Positions 31,255 to 39,987 of a stretch of 64,000 bases of DNA are shown piece after piece. Position 1 is the first letter of the stretch, and the number at the start of each line of letters is the position of its first letter. Source of the DNA: Candidatus Latescibacterota bacterium (lineage in GTDB: Bacteria > Latescibacterota > UBA2968 > UBA8231); assembly GCA_965215195.1 (NCBI GenBank), contig CBDCDC010000002.1, positions 3,360,001-3,424,000 of the forward strand. Direction: 5' to 3'. Under the pieces are notes generated by a model. The model was not told the origin of the DNA. It saw only the letters and a list, made by a program, of their open reading frames with translations, and did not search any database. A program made the translations under genes and the position numbers.

Positions 31255-31422
31255 TCAGGAAGGCTGCATCACATCAGCCATGGCTTGTTCGATCGTTTTC
31301 GTATCTACGCCATGGTTTTGCAGGCTCTCGACAAATAGTTCAAGTCCAAGGTTGTTTTCCAGTCGCATGAGATCCTGACGAAGCCCTTGGCCTATGTAGG
31401 CTCGAATGAGCGGTTGGTAGCT
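31255..31422 (-). pseudogene. C-terminal fragment of a CopG/BrnA-like antitoxin
   Basis: SYQPLIRAYIGQGLRQDL...LQNHGVD..TIEQAM*; no start, abuts the res stop. Confidence 0.55.
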
Positions 31423-31424
31423 CC

Positions 31425-34400
31425 CTACCCCTTCGCCCGAAACCCCTCAACCAACTGCGCGAACTCAGCTTCCATCCCGAACGCATCGGTAAACTCGGCA
31501 AAAGCCCAGCGCCCGTAATCTCCGTGATTATTCACACCAGGTACCCAATAGGTGTCCATGGTCGTCTTCTTGGCCTTGGCGTCTTCCCTTCGCTCTCCTT
31601 TGATCTCAACGATCAAATTCAGAAGATCATCATCGCCACGGCCATCATCAACGAGAACGATAAAGTCCGGGATATACGTCCGCATTTCCGACCCACGACG
31701 ATAGGGTACCTCCAAGCCTAAGTTGTGGTTCTTGACGTAGGCTTTGACGTGCGGATGGGATTCAGCAACGCGACAAAACTGTTCTTCCCAGCTACTGTCG
31801 AGAACGATCCAATTGATATGGCAACGGCTGGGATCAGCCTGCCAGCGGCTAGCCTTGGTCGTGTTGAAATTTACGTGGGCGGTCGAACCGACGGGATTGT
31901 ACGGATCGAGCACTGCTTTGACCGGACGACGGTCGATTCCCTCGCGCGTGATCGCGGTAAAGATGCGTTCACAGGCCGTGTCGGCCAGTTCCTGGTACAT
32001 GAGTTGAGCGGGATAAGTGTCGCCCGTGCAGTCGAGATAGCCATCGAGCCACTGTCTGGCGATCCGCTTGAGCTGTCCGAAAAGATAGAGTTGGGGCTCT
32101 TCGCCCGGATCGCGGAACTTGGTGTAGAGCAGCCGCTGAGTCAGGTGAAATAGGAGAGTCGAGGTCCGTAGGCTGTTAGTGTGAACCAAATCGAGATCGA
32201 CACTCTCGCCGATAATGCCTTGAACTCTTGTCTTCGACGGACCAATAAGATCGGGCGTCAGTTCCAGCACCGAGTCCCTGTTGAATTCGGCCTTGAGCCG
32301 CTCTTCCGGCAATTCCACCCGATACCCAGCCACCCGAGGAAAGCGAATCTCCAGCGCATCCCGTTCGGGCCGCACGGCCCGCACATGAACGGTCTCTCGC
32401 GGCTGCTTCGGCGGAGCCACCACGGGCTTGGCCGTAAAGTCAAACGGGATGCCCAAGACATCTGCGTACTCGACATCGAACAGGCCGTCTTCGTTGAGAT
32501 CGTAGGACTGGCGGCGCAACGCCCGACCAATGACCTGCTCGCAAAGCAACTGCGTCCCAAAAGCGCGCACGCCCAGTACGTGGCTGACAGTGTTCGCATC
32601 CCAACCTTCCGTAAGCATTGACACCGACACCACGCAGCGAATCGAATCCCCCAACCGCCCCGGCTTGCCGACCGTATTCATAACCTCGCGCAGCAGATCT
32701 TGGTCGCTGATGTTCTCAGCTTGGCGACGATCGCCAGAGCGCTCAATGATCTCCCGGCGAAAGCGGTCGATCTCGTCGGCGGCCATATTGCGGAAATTGC
32801 GGTCCAGCGCGTCGCCGGACTCCAATTGTTCGCTGTCGATCAACAGCGTCCGCGGCCGGGGGTACTGGTTGCCTTGTTCGTCAAAATTGCGAAACAGTTC
32901 TAGGCGGCCGTTTACCAGCGTCGTTGAGCCATCGTCGTTCTCGCGCTGGAAGCCGGAGATGTAGTCGTACACCAGCTTGGATGTTGAGGTATTATTGCAG
33001 ACCACGATGAAGCACGGCGGCACGTCAATGTTCGCCTCCTGCATCAACTCAAAAGTTTTCTGATAATGTCCGTACAGAGCTTCCAGCGCAGTCTGCAACT
33101 CCACGGGCAGACTGAGGGGATCGAGGGCCTTGCCCTTACCCCGCCCCTTCTTGGGCATGTCGCTGCGGATGTGTTCCCAGAGATTGCGGAACTTGGGCAT
33201 GTCGCCGCCGGGGATGTTGTCGGCCACTGGCACGCGGGGCAGTTTGACGATGCCGCATTCAATGGCGTCCATGAGCGAGAAGTCGCACATCGTCCACGGG
33301 AACAACGTGCCTTCGGCATAGCCTGACCCGCGCAAAAAGAACGGCGTTGCCGACAGATCTATCACCCGGTTGATGCCCAATTTGTCGCCGACGGTTTCCA
33401 GCCCCGAAATCCACAGCCGCGCCGCCTCGGTGTTTTTTTCAGCTTCCTTTCTGTCATCGCCCTTGAGCGCACCTTCCTCTCCCGCGCCCGGCTTTTCGCG
33501 GTAGCAGTGGTGCGCTTCGTCGTTGAGGACGAGGATGTTCTTGACGCCCATGAGTTCGGGCATCACCCGTTGCAGCGTTTGCCCTTCGGTCTCCAAGGTC
33601 GTCAGCATCTCGCCCCGTCCCTGCAGCAAAGATCGCCCGCCTTTGGAAAGCTCCAGGCGTTCGCGCAGCTTGAAGGCGTGGTAGTTGGTGATGACGATCT
33701 TGGCCTTTTCCAAGTCGGGGAGCAGGTCGCTGGGGACCAACTCGCGGCTCTGGTAGTAGCTATCCGGGTCGTTGGGTTGCAGTACGCGCAGGCGGTCCTT
33801 GATGGTGATGCCGGGCGCGACCACCAAGAAGCCGCGCGTGAAGCGGCGGCTCTGGGGCCGGCGCACCGCGTTGATGGTCTGCCAAGCGATCAACATCGCC
33901 ATGACCGTGGTCTTGCCGGCGCCGGTCGCCAACTTGAGTGCCAGCCGCGGCAGAGGCAGGTCTGGATTGGCATCGCTGTTGGCACTCTCCAAATGGTCGA
34001 GGAAGTCCCTTCCGGATCGCGTATTGGGCGCAACCTCGGTGAGCCAGATAGCAGTCTCCACCGCTTCGACTTGGCAGAAGAAGGGCCGAATGCCACTAAA
34101 GTGATGGTGCCGCCAGTGCTGGAGCAGGCGCGCCGTCTCCGGGGTCACCCGCCATTGGTTTGGGTTCGGCAGATTGCGCCAGCGGTCAACCTGCTGACGA
34201 ACCCCGTTGATGGTCTGCATCAATTCGTATTGCTGATTATCTGTCTCAAGCTCTCTCGCGGCCTTGTCGAACACAAAGGAGGCTTGATTCGCAGATGATC
34301 CCCTTTGCTTCTTCGATGTCGGGACCGCCGTGATGAATGAGACCAGTCTTCGGTTTTCAATGATTTTCTGCGTCGGCTGCCCGCTCTCGTCCAGTTCCCA

Positions 34401-34463
34401 ATGCCGGCTCGGACGCTCGTATGGCGAGTTGAGGACCGGCTGTGCGAAAAATAGCTCAGTCAA
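31425..34463 (-). CDS. res: type III restriction endonuclease subunit (SF2 helicase + PD-(D/E)xK)
   Basis: LATGAGKT, NDEAHH, MLTEGWD, YIPDF...VEIKG. Confidence 0.92.
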   Translation of the reverse strand: MTELFFAQPVLNSPYERPSRHWELDESGQPTQKIIENRRLVSFITAVPTSKKQRGSSANQASFVFDKAARELETDNQQYELMQTINGVRQQVDRWRNLPNPNQWRVTPETARLLQHWRHHHFSGIRPFFCQVEAVETAIWLTEVAPNTRSGRDFLDHLESANSDANPDLPLPRLALKLATGAGKTTVMAMLIAWQTINAVRRPQSRRFTRGFLVVAPGITIKDRLRVLQPNDPDSYYQSRELVPSDLLPDLEKAKIVITNYHAFKLRERLELSKGGRSLLQGRGEMLTTLETEGQTLQRVMPELMGVKNILVLNDEAHHCYREKPGAGEEGALKGDDRKEAEKNTEAARLWISGLETVGDKLGINRVIDLSATPFFLRGSGYAEGTLFPWTMCDFSLMDAIECGIVKLPRVPVADNIPGGDMPKFRNLWEHIRSDMPKKGRGKGKALDPLSLPVELQTALEALYGHYQKTFELMQEANIDVPPCFIVVCNNTSTSKLVYDYISGFQRENDDGSTTLVNGRLELFRNFDEQGNQYPRPRTLLIDSEQLESGDALDRNFRNMAADEIDRFRREIIERSGDRRQAENISDQDLLREVMNTVGKPGRLGDSIRCVVSVSMLTEGWDANTVSHVLGVRAFGTQLLCEQVIGRALRRQSYDLNEDGLFDVEYADVLGIPFDFTAKPVVAPPKQPRETVHVRAVRPERDALEIRFPRVAGYRVELPEERLKAEFNRDSVLELTPDLIGPSKTRVQGIIGESVDLDLVHTNSLRTSTLLFHLTQRLLYTKFRDPGEEPQLYLFGQLKRIARQWLDGYLDCTGDTYPAQLMYQELADTACERIFTAITREGIDRRPVKAVLDPYNPVGSTAHVNFNTTKASRWQADPSRCHINWIVLDSSWEEQFCRVAESHPHVKAYVKNHNLGLEVPYRRGSEMRTYIPDFIVLVDDGRGDDDLLNLIVEIKGERREDAKAKKTTMDTYWVPGVNNHGDYGRWAFAEFTDAFGMEAEFAQLVEGFRAKG

Positions 34464-34530
34464 AACGATGCCCTTTTATATTCCTAACCTCGTCCAATTC
34501 AACGTCTATATCGAATTAAGTGCTCCAGCT

Positions 34531-34636
34531 CTAACTACACGACACCAATAATGAGTCCGGGCTCGAGGGCGTCCCGCTCTCGACGAGGGCAAGATGCCCT
34601 CGATCCGAGGGTAAGGCCCTACTGTCGTGTACTTAG
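34531..34636. mobile_element. REP-containing MITE copy 1
   Basis: TIR CTAACTACACGACA/TGTCGTGTACTTAG, perfect 9-bp TSD GCTCCAGCT. Confidence 0.88.
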
Positions 34637-36014
34637 GCTCCAGCTTTAGAGATGCCCTTAGTACCGGGGGGTTCGTATTCCAACAGGGCCGACTTTCCGA
34701 TCATCTCAATGAACCGCACGATCCATTCAAACCCGTTGACATCTGTAAGCCGCAAGGACTGCTTCAGTTTGAAGTGAACGGGTTGCTGTTTGCCTTCGTC
34801 AATGGCGACGTTGGTTGCATACAGGTACATGCGGTCGAGATTGTCGAGGATTGGGTTTAGCCGCCCGGTCAAATCGGGCAAATGACCTGTTCCCTCCGCG
34901 AACACGACCGAACCACCCAATGGCAACGGTTCGAGCTGTACGGAGATCGGTTCCGGCGGGTGCCAATCCCGCTCTACGTGAGTGCCGTATCCCGGTGTCG
35001 CGCAGAAAACGGTAATCGGAAGTTCCGAGTGAAACCCAAAACCGACCCGGCCAAACGCATCGGTTTCCCCCTCCATCCAAGTCTTGTTGGGATACAGCGC
35101 AACGACCTGTGCCCCGGCAAGCGGCTGACCGGCCGCGGATACCAACACTTCCCCGTCGATACCCGCTACCGGCGGACGGGCCGAAGGTATCGTCAGCCGC
35201 AGTTCCGCGCCGCCGAGCAGTTCGTACTCTGGATCGCGTCCGGTCAGCTCCCGGGTCTGCTCGTAGATGATCGGAACCCTTTCGCCGCGTTGCTCCAAGA
35301 AATACTGTCGATCACCCGCACCGGCGATATCCCCCATCGCGAGCCTGCGGAGGATGGACGCGAGCGTTTCGTTGCGGGTGGCTTGTCGATTGCGCATGGC
35401 CTCGATAGGCAGCGTGTTGGGCAGGGTGCCCGGCGAGTACAACTCAAGGCGGTCGTCAAAGATGAAGAGCCGTATCTTCGCGTTCTCCATCGAGTAGTCG
35501 CGGGCGTGTTGGATCCGGTTCCGGCGACGATCACTTCGTCAGGGCCGAGCCGACCAGAACGCCCCCGCTGCTGAAACAGACGGTTCAATGCCTCCGACGA
35601 CATCTCTCGCTTGGCGCTGCCTTGCCGGGAGAGGTATCCCCCGGGACTCTTGTGTACCAACGCACTCTGTTCAACTTCGACGACCAGTGCGAACGAACCG
35701 TCTGGCAGAGCTAATCGTTGGGTGACAAACGCCAACGGGGGACGGATGCTATCCGAGCAAATCTCGCCAACGAAGGCTTCCAGCGCATCCATCTGTTGAC
35801 GGTTCATCGACCACACTTCACCGGCATCTGACACGCTGAAAATCAAGGTGCCGCCGATGGTGTTGCCAAAAGCGGCCAACTCGTCGGCCATAGCGTCCCG
35901 ATGAGGCGTACGGACGCGGTTGCCGCAAAACGCGGCTTCCTTGAACTCAACGCGGCTGTCCTCGCCGAGTTTGAGTTGCTGCACCAAGCTATCGCTATCC
36001 CAAGGCATTACCAC
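34633..36014 (-). pseudogene. AlbA_2 (Schlafen-like) + HATPase/RecG-C-type protein split by internal deletion
   Basis: GEDSRVEFK...AAFGNTIGGTLIF, then frame change near 35500 into RDYS...IFDDRLELYSPG. Confidence 0.8.
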
Positions 36015-36061
36015 TCTTTCGGTGCGCCAAGTGATTTCGCGTTGCTATAATGTCGCGCCAT

Positions 36062-36212
36062 TATTGCGAAGGGTGGCATCATAGACGAGCGTTTCAGCGA
36101 TGAACGTCTCTCGGTCCTATCCATCCGTATAAGACAGCACTTTTTCGCCAAAGTCGATCATGTCCTGAATATAGAGCCGCCAACTACGTGCTTCTTGGTG
36201 TATGTCAGACAT
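36062..36212 (-). pseudogene. HepT/DUF86 toxin fragment
   Basis: WRLYIQDMIDFGEKVLSYTDG*DRETF...YDATLRN; internal stop and truncation. Confidence 0.75.
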
Positions 36213-36364
36213 CTTACTACACGACACCAGCCCTCAGCCTGCCAAGGATCGAGGGCATCTTGCCCTCGGCGAGGGCGGGACGCCCTCGATCCCGCACCCA
36301 GCGGAAACCGCAGAAAAGGCGTACTCAAAGTAAGGGTCGCCTACTTTAGGGGTCGTGTACTAAG
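36213..36364. mobile_element. REP-containing MITE copy 2
   Basis: TIR CTTACTACACGAC/GTCGTGTACTAAG, perfect 9-bp TSD GTCAGACAT. Confidence 0.88.
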
Positions 36365-36478
36365 GTCAGACATTGACCATCCCCCGTTCTATAGCATCTC
36401 CTCCCGCAGTGCTTTATCCGTTACCAGATCAACCGGACGCCCTAGCAGATCTTCAATATAGGACTGAACACCAAAATA
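36365..36478 (-). pseudogene. MntA nucleotidyltransferase antitoxin 3' fragment
   Basis: YFGVQSYIEDLLGRPVDLVTDKALR. Confidence 0.75.
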
Positions 36479-36480
36479 CT

Positions 36481-36574
36481 GCTTTGACTTGGCAGAAGAA
36501 GGGCCGAATGCCGACTCGGACGCTCGTAGGGCGAGTTGAGGACCGGCTGTTCAAAGAATGGATCGGTCAAAACG
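36481..36574 (-). repeat. partial duplicate of res 5' end with internal deletion
   Basis: Matches 34063-34094 joined at AATGCC to a copy of 34400-34467; 68 bp identical to 37691-37758. Confidence 0.9.
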
Positions 36575-36580
36575 CGCCAT

Positions 36581-36868
36581 TCACCGACGGTCGGACGCGT
36601 GTTCCTTAGCCCACTTCTCAATAGTGTTGTTCAATACCTGCGAAAAAGCCATCACATGTTGAGGGGACATCACCACGCGGGCCTTCTTTTCGCGTATGAT
36701 GTCGCCTTTTTCATCTTCCGTGATCTCGAAAAACAAAATCCTTAAGTCCCACGGCGAGAATCCTACTTCAACGTGATTTGAGTACGTCGAAAGATAATCT
36801 GCTGCCCGCTGCTGTGGCAGTTCATTAATGTTTACAGGCTCATCCTGTGGCTTGTGCTTTGTATTCAT
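36581..36868 (-). CDS. DUF3467-like protein
   Basis: YSNHVEVGFSPWDLRILF...ARVVMSPQH..AFSQVL...IEKW. Confidence 0.75.
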   Translation of the reverse strand: MNTKHKPQDEPVNINELPQQRAADYLSTYSNHVEVGFSPWDLRILFFEITEDEKGDIIREKKARVVMSPQHVMAFSQVLNNTIEKWAKEHASDRR

Positions 36869-37421
36869 ACGGCGTCCTTTCTATAGGCTTGCTGCTGTAT
36901 GCCGTGCTAGCCAGAGACATGTTCAGAATCTGCGGTTCTGGCGACTGAAGGGATAAGTCCCGGATCTGCACACTCTCTGTGGGCAGTACATGTACCTTGG
37001 GTTCAAACTTGAGGTTGGTTGTGTAAGGCTCCGTTGTCACCAATATATCGGCAGTCTGTACGGCCCTCTCTACATGGTCCTCTGTAAAGCTAGGAACGCG
37101 AAACGTCTCGGGATCAAAGGCCGCTTCCCGCCGTACCAACTCGCTAAACGGGACAAATTGGACCAGCAAGCCCACGTCAAAGGCGGCTGCCAATCGGTAC
37201 AGCGTCCGCAATGACAGCGGATCCCGACCGGGCTGTTCAATGTGGGATATCCGCGCTTGCGGAATGCCGCTCCGCTCCGCGAGTTGGGCTTGCGTCCAGC
37301 CACGTGCTTTGCGGATTGCTCGAATCTGAAAGGGCATCTCAATGGAGAGCTGAGATTCCGTGTAGCCGTCTCGGTACGCTTTGTCGCGCAGTTTACGCCA
37401 GAGCTTAGAAATCGAACTCAT
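36840..37421 (-). CDS. XRE-HTH antitoxin-like protein with long C-terminal tail
   Basis: FQIRAIRKARGWTQAQLAERSG...ISHIE...SLRTLYRLAAAFDV, plus ~75-aa extension. Confidence 0.85.
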   Translation of the reverse strand: MSSISKLWRKLRDKAYRDGYTESQLSIEMPFQIRAIRKARGWTQAQLAERSGIPQARISHIEQPGRDPLSLRTLYRLAAAFDVGLLVQFVPFSELVRREAAFDPETFRVPSFTEDHVERAVQTADILVTTEPYTTNLKFEPKVHVLPTESVQIRDLSLQSPEPQILNMSLASTAYSSKPIERTPYEYKAQATG

Positions 37422-37597
37422 GGATGCTTGCCTCCCCGTTTTCTATTTCATTGCGGCGCTGTACCGCCGTATTATAGGCTTCCGTAGGCTTATATCGAGC
37501 GTCCTTGTGTATGCAGCCACAGAGCAATGTCAACTGTCTATCGGAAGAGACATAACAAAATATCCGATGCGGAACCCTATTCTCACCCCGCCAACGC
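37405..37597 (-). pseudogene. 3' half of a RelE/Gp49-like toxin
   Basis: RWRGENRVPHRIFCY...LTLLCGCIHK...AVQRR; overlaps the HTH start; 5' half replaced by a res fragment. Confidence 0.6.
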
Positions 37598-37758
37598 GCT
37601 TCTTCGGCTGCGGAATCGGCGTGATGAACTCGGCCGGTCGGCGGTATTCGACGATCTGCTGGGTCGGCTGCCCGCTCTCGTCTAGTTCCCAATGCCGACT
37701 CGGACGCTCGTAGGGCGAGTTGAGGACCGGCTGTTCAAAGAATGGATCGGTCAAAACG
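37598..37758 (-). pseudogene. 5' fragment of a second res allele
   Basis: MTDPFFEQPVLNSPYERPSRHWELDESGQPTQQI vs MTELFFAQPVLNSPYERPSRHWELDESGQPTQKI in res. Confidence 0.9.
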
Positions 37759-37804
37759 ATAGCGAATTAGGTGCTAAGACTGCGATTCCAAATGCTCTTC
37801 CCGC

Positions 37805-38839
37805 TCACCCCTGCGGCATGAACATCAGCTTAATTCCCTCCTGCCGCTCGGCCATGTCAAAGGCCCGCTGCCATTCGCTCAGGGCAAAGTGGTGGGTGAT
37901 CAGCTTCTCGCTGGGAATAAAGCCCCCCTCCATCAGCCGCAGCGCCCGCTGCCAAGCCGGTCGCCGCTGCCCAATGCCGCCGGAAACCTGAAGCTCGTGG
38001 TAGGCGATCTTCTCGAAGTCGATTTCCACGGGCGCACCCGGCAGACCCATCTGGGCGTAGCGGCCCCGCTTGCGCACAAGGTCCAAGGCCAAGCGCATGG
38101 CCGGTGCCACCCCCGCGCACTCGACCACCACGTCCGCGCCATAGCCGCCGGTCAACTCGCGCACCCGCGCCACCGGGTCGCAGGCCGTAATATCGACTGT
38201 GTGTTGCACACCTAATTCCGCGGCCCGTTGCAGCCGCTCGGCATCTCGCTCAGTGCCGCAGAGGATCACCGTCCCCCCCTCGGCCAGCGCCACCAGCGCC
38301 GAGAATAGCCCTACGGGTCCAGGCCCGGTGATGGCGACGAAGTCCCCGGCGGTCACGCCAGCCTGCTCAATGACCGAATGCACACAGCAGGCCAACAGCT
38401 CGGTCAGAGCCCCGGCTTCAAACCCCACGCCGGCCGGCAGCTTGTGGACGAAGGTCGCATTGCAGTAGGGCGCAAAGCAGCCGTGGTGCCAATAGCCCAT
38501 GACCTTGCGCTCGGGGCAGAGGTTGTAGTGCTCGCTCAGGCAGTAGTCGCAGTGGCCGCAGATGTCCACGCTCGGCTCGCCGGTCACCCGGTCGCCCACC
38601 TGCACGTGGTCGCCGACGGCCGCGCCCTTTTCCACCACCACGCCGCTGAACTCGTGTCCCATGACGACCGGGGTCTGGATATTGTAGTTGATGGTATCGC
38701 GGTACACGTGTAGGTCCGAGCCGCACAGCCCGGTGGCCTGCACCTCAACCTTTACCTGCTCGGGGCCGGGTGCTGCGTCCGCTAAGTCGCGCAGATCGAC
38801 AAACCCGTCGCCCCGCTGGTATTTGACCACGCCCTGCAT
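37805..38839 (-). CDS. zinc-dependent alcohol/polyol dehydrogenase
   Basis: CGSDLH, GHEFSG, CGHCDYC...C, GPGPVG. Confidence 0.92.
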   Translation of the reverse strand: MQGVVKYQRGDGFVDLRDLADAAPGPEQVKVEVQATGLCGSDLHVYRDTINYNIQTPVVMGHEFSGVVVEKGAAVGDHVQVGDRVTGEPSVDICGHCDYCLSEHYNLCPERKVMGYWHHGCFAPYCNATFVHKLPAGVGFEAGALTELLACCVHSVIEQAGVTAGDFVAITGPGPVGLFSALVALAEGGTVILCGTERDAERLQRAAELGVQHTVDITACDPVARVRELTGGYGADVVVECAGVAPAMRLALDLVRKRGRYAQMGLPGAPVEIDFEKIAYHELQVSGGIGQRRPAWQRALRLMEGGFIPSEKLITHHFALSEWQRAFDMAERQEGIKLMFMPQG

Positions 38840-38841
38840 GG

Positions 38842-39852
38842 CTATTCTCCTTCGGCTAATTCGAGCCGGTCGCCCGGCTTGATCTCCCCGGTGGCGCGGA
38901 GCACCCGCAAGCTGGCGAGCCGCGTGCTGATGATTTCGATGACCTCCACGAGGGCAACCGACTCTTCGGGGGCCAGCCCCTCGGCCTCTATGCGGTCATT
39001 GCTGGGATAGACGAAAAAGCGCAACCGCGGCCGCACGCCGTGTGCGCTGCCGATATTGGCGTAGATGTCTTCACTGTACACGGCGATGACCTCGGGCGCA
39101 TCGCCTTCAAACACCAAGCCCTGCGGCTCGAAAGCAGCAGCCACCTTTTGCACCAGCTCGCCTACGGCCTCTACCGTCGCCTGGCCCAACAAGGTCTGGC
39201 GAAATTCCTCCGAGCCAAACGCTAGCTCCTTCAATCCGGCAAATTGCAGATCCTGCTCGCGCGGCTTGCCCAACAGGTCGAGCCCCAAGTCGCGGTCGGT
39301 GAGCTCGCGCTGGGCCTCTGCGCGACCGATTGCGCTGCCGTCGTCAACCCGCGCAATCTCGACGCGCATCTGCGCCACGGCCGAATAGGATTTGTAGCCT
39401 CCCAACAAGGGATCCCCCACCGACAGGCGGCGCATGTCGTAGTCCTGCAAAAGGCCGGCGACTACGAAATCAGCCCCTAGCTTGCGGCCGATCGCGAGGG
39501 CTTTCTCGTGGTCGGCAAACCCCCACTCCAGAGCCAACTCGGCGACGGCGTCAAAAGGGACGACCTTCCAACTGCGAACGGCCGCTAACTCCGCGCTGAG
39601 CATGTTGGCCAACTCGTATTCGACGTTCCACACGCCCTCGCGAAACCCGGATTCATCGACAAACGGCACCACGGCCACAAAGTCGGGCCGGGGGCCAGCG
39701 CCATAGTGCTGGCGCATCTTCAAGTACTGCTCTAGCGCACTCGGCGGCTCGGCCGGCGGCTCGGCCGCCTGCCATTGCCCCGGCCCTCCCGCAGGAGAAG
39801 TCAGGGGGGCGCAACTACACCACAGGAGAAATGCAACGGTCCATTTTTTCAT
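38842..39852 (-). CDS. secreted/periplasmic protein (CsgG/FlgT-like)
   Basis: Signal peptide, VAVVPFVD...IGRKLGADFVVAG, C-terminal IKPGDRL. Confidence 0.6.
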   Translation of the reverse strand: MKKWTVAFLLWCSCAPLTSPAGGPGQWQAAEPPAEPPSALEQYLKMRQHYGAGPRPDFVAVVPFVDESGFREGVWNVEYELANMLSAELAAVRSWKVVPFDAVAELALEWGFADHEKALAIGRKLGADFVVAGLLQDYDMRRLSVGDPLLGGYKSYSAVAQMRVEIARVDDGSAIGRAEAQRELTDRDLGLDLLGKPREQDLQFAGLKELAFGSEEFRQTLLGQATVEAVGELVQKVAAAFEPQGLVFEGDAPEVIAVYSEDIYANIGSAHGVRPRLRFFVYPSNDRIEAEGLAPEESVALVEVIEIISTRLASLRVLRATGEIKPGDRLELAEGE

Positions 39853-39987
39853 CGCGAATTCCCAATTAGTGGTTAGTGGCATAAAAAGCGACCCACCCGG
39901 TTCTATGTCAACGCACGGCTTGACAGTGTTTTTCTTCGGCGATACGTTGGCAGCGCACCCCTCCACGCCACTCTCAATCTGCTGCTA

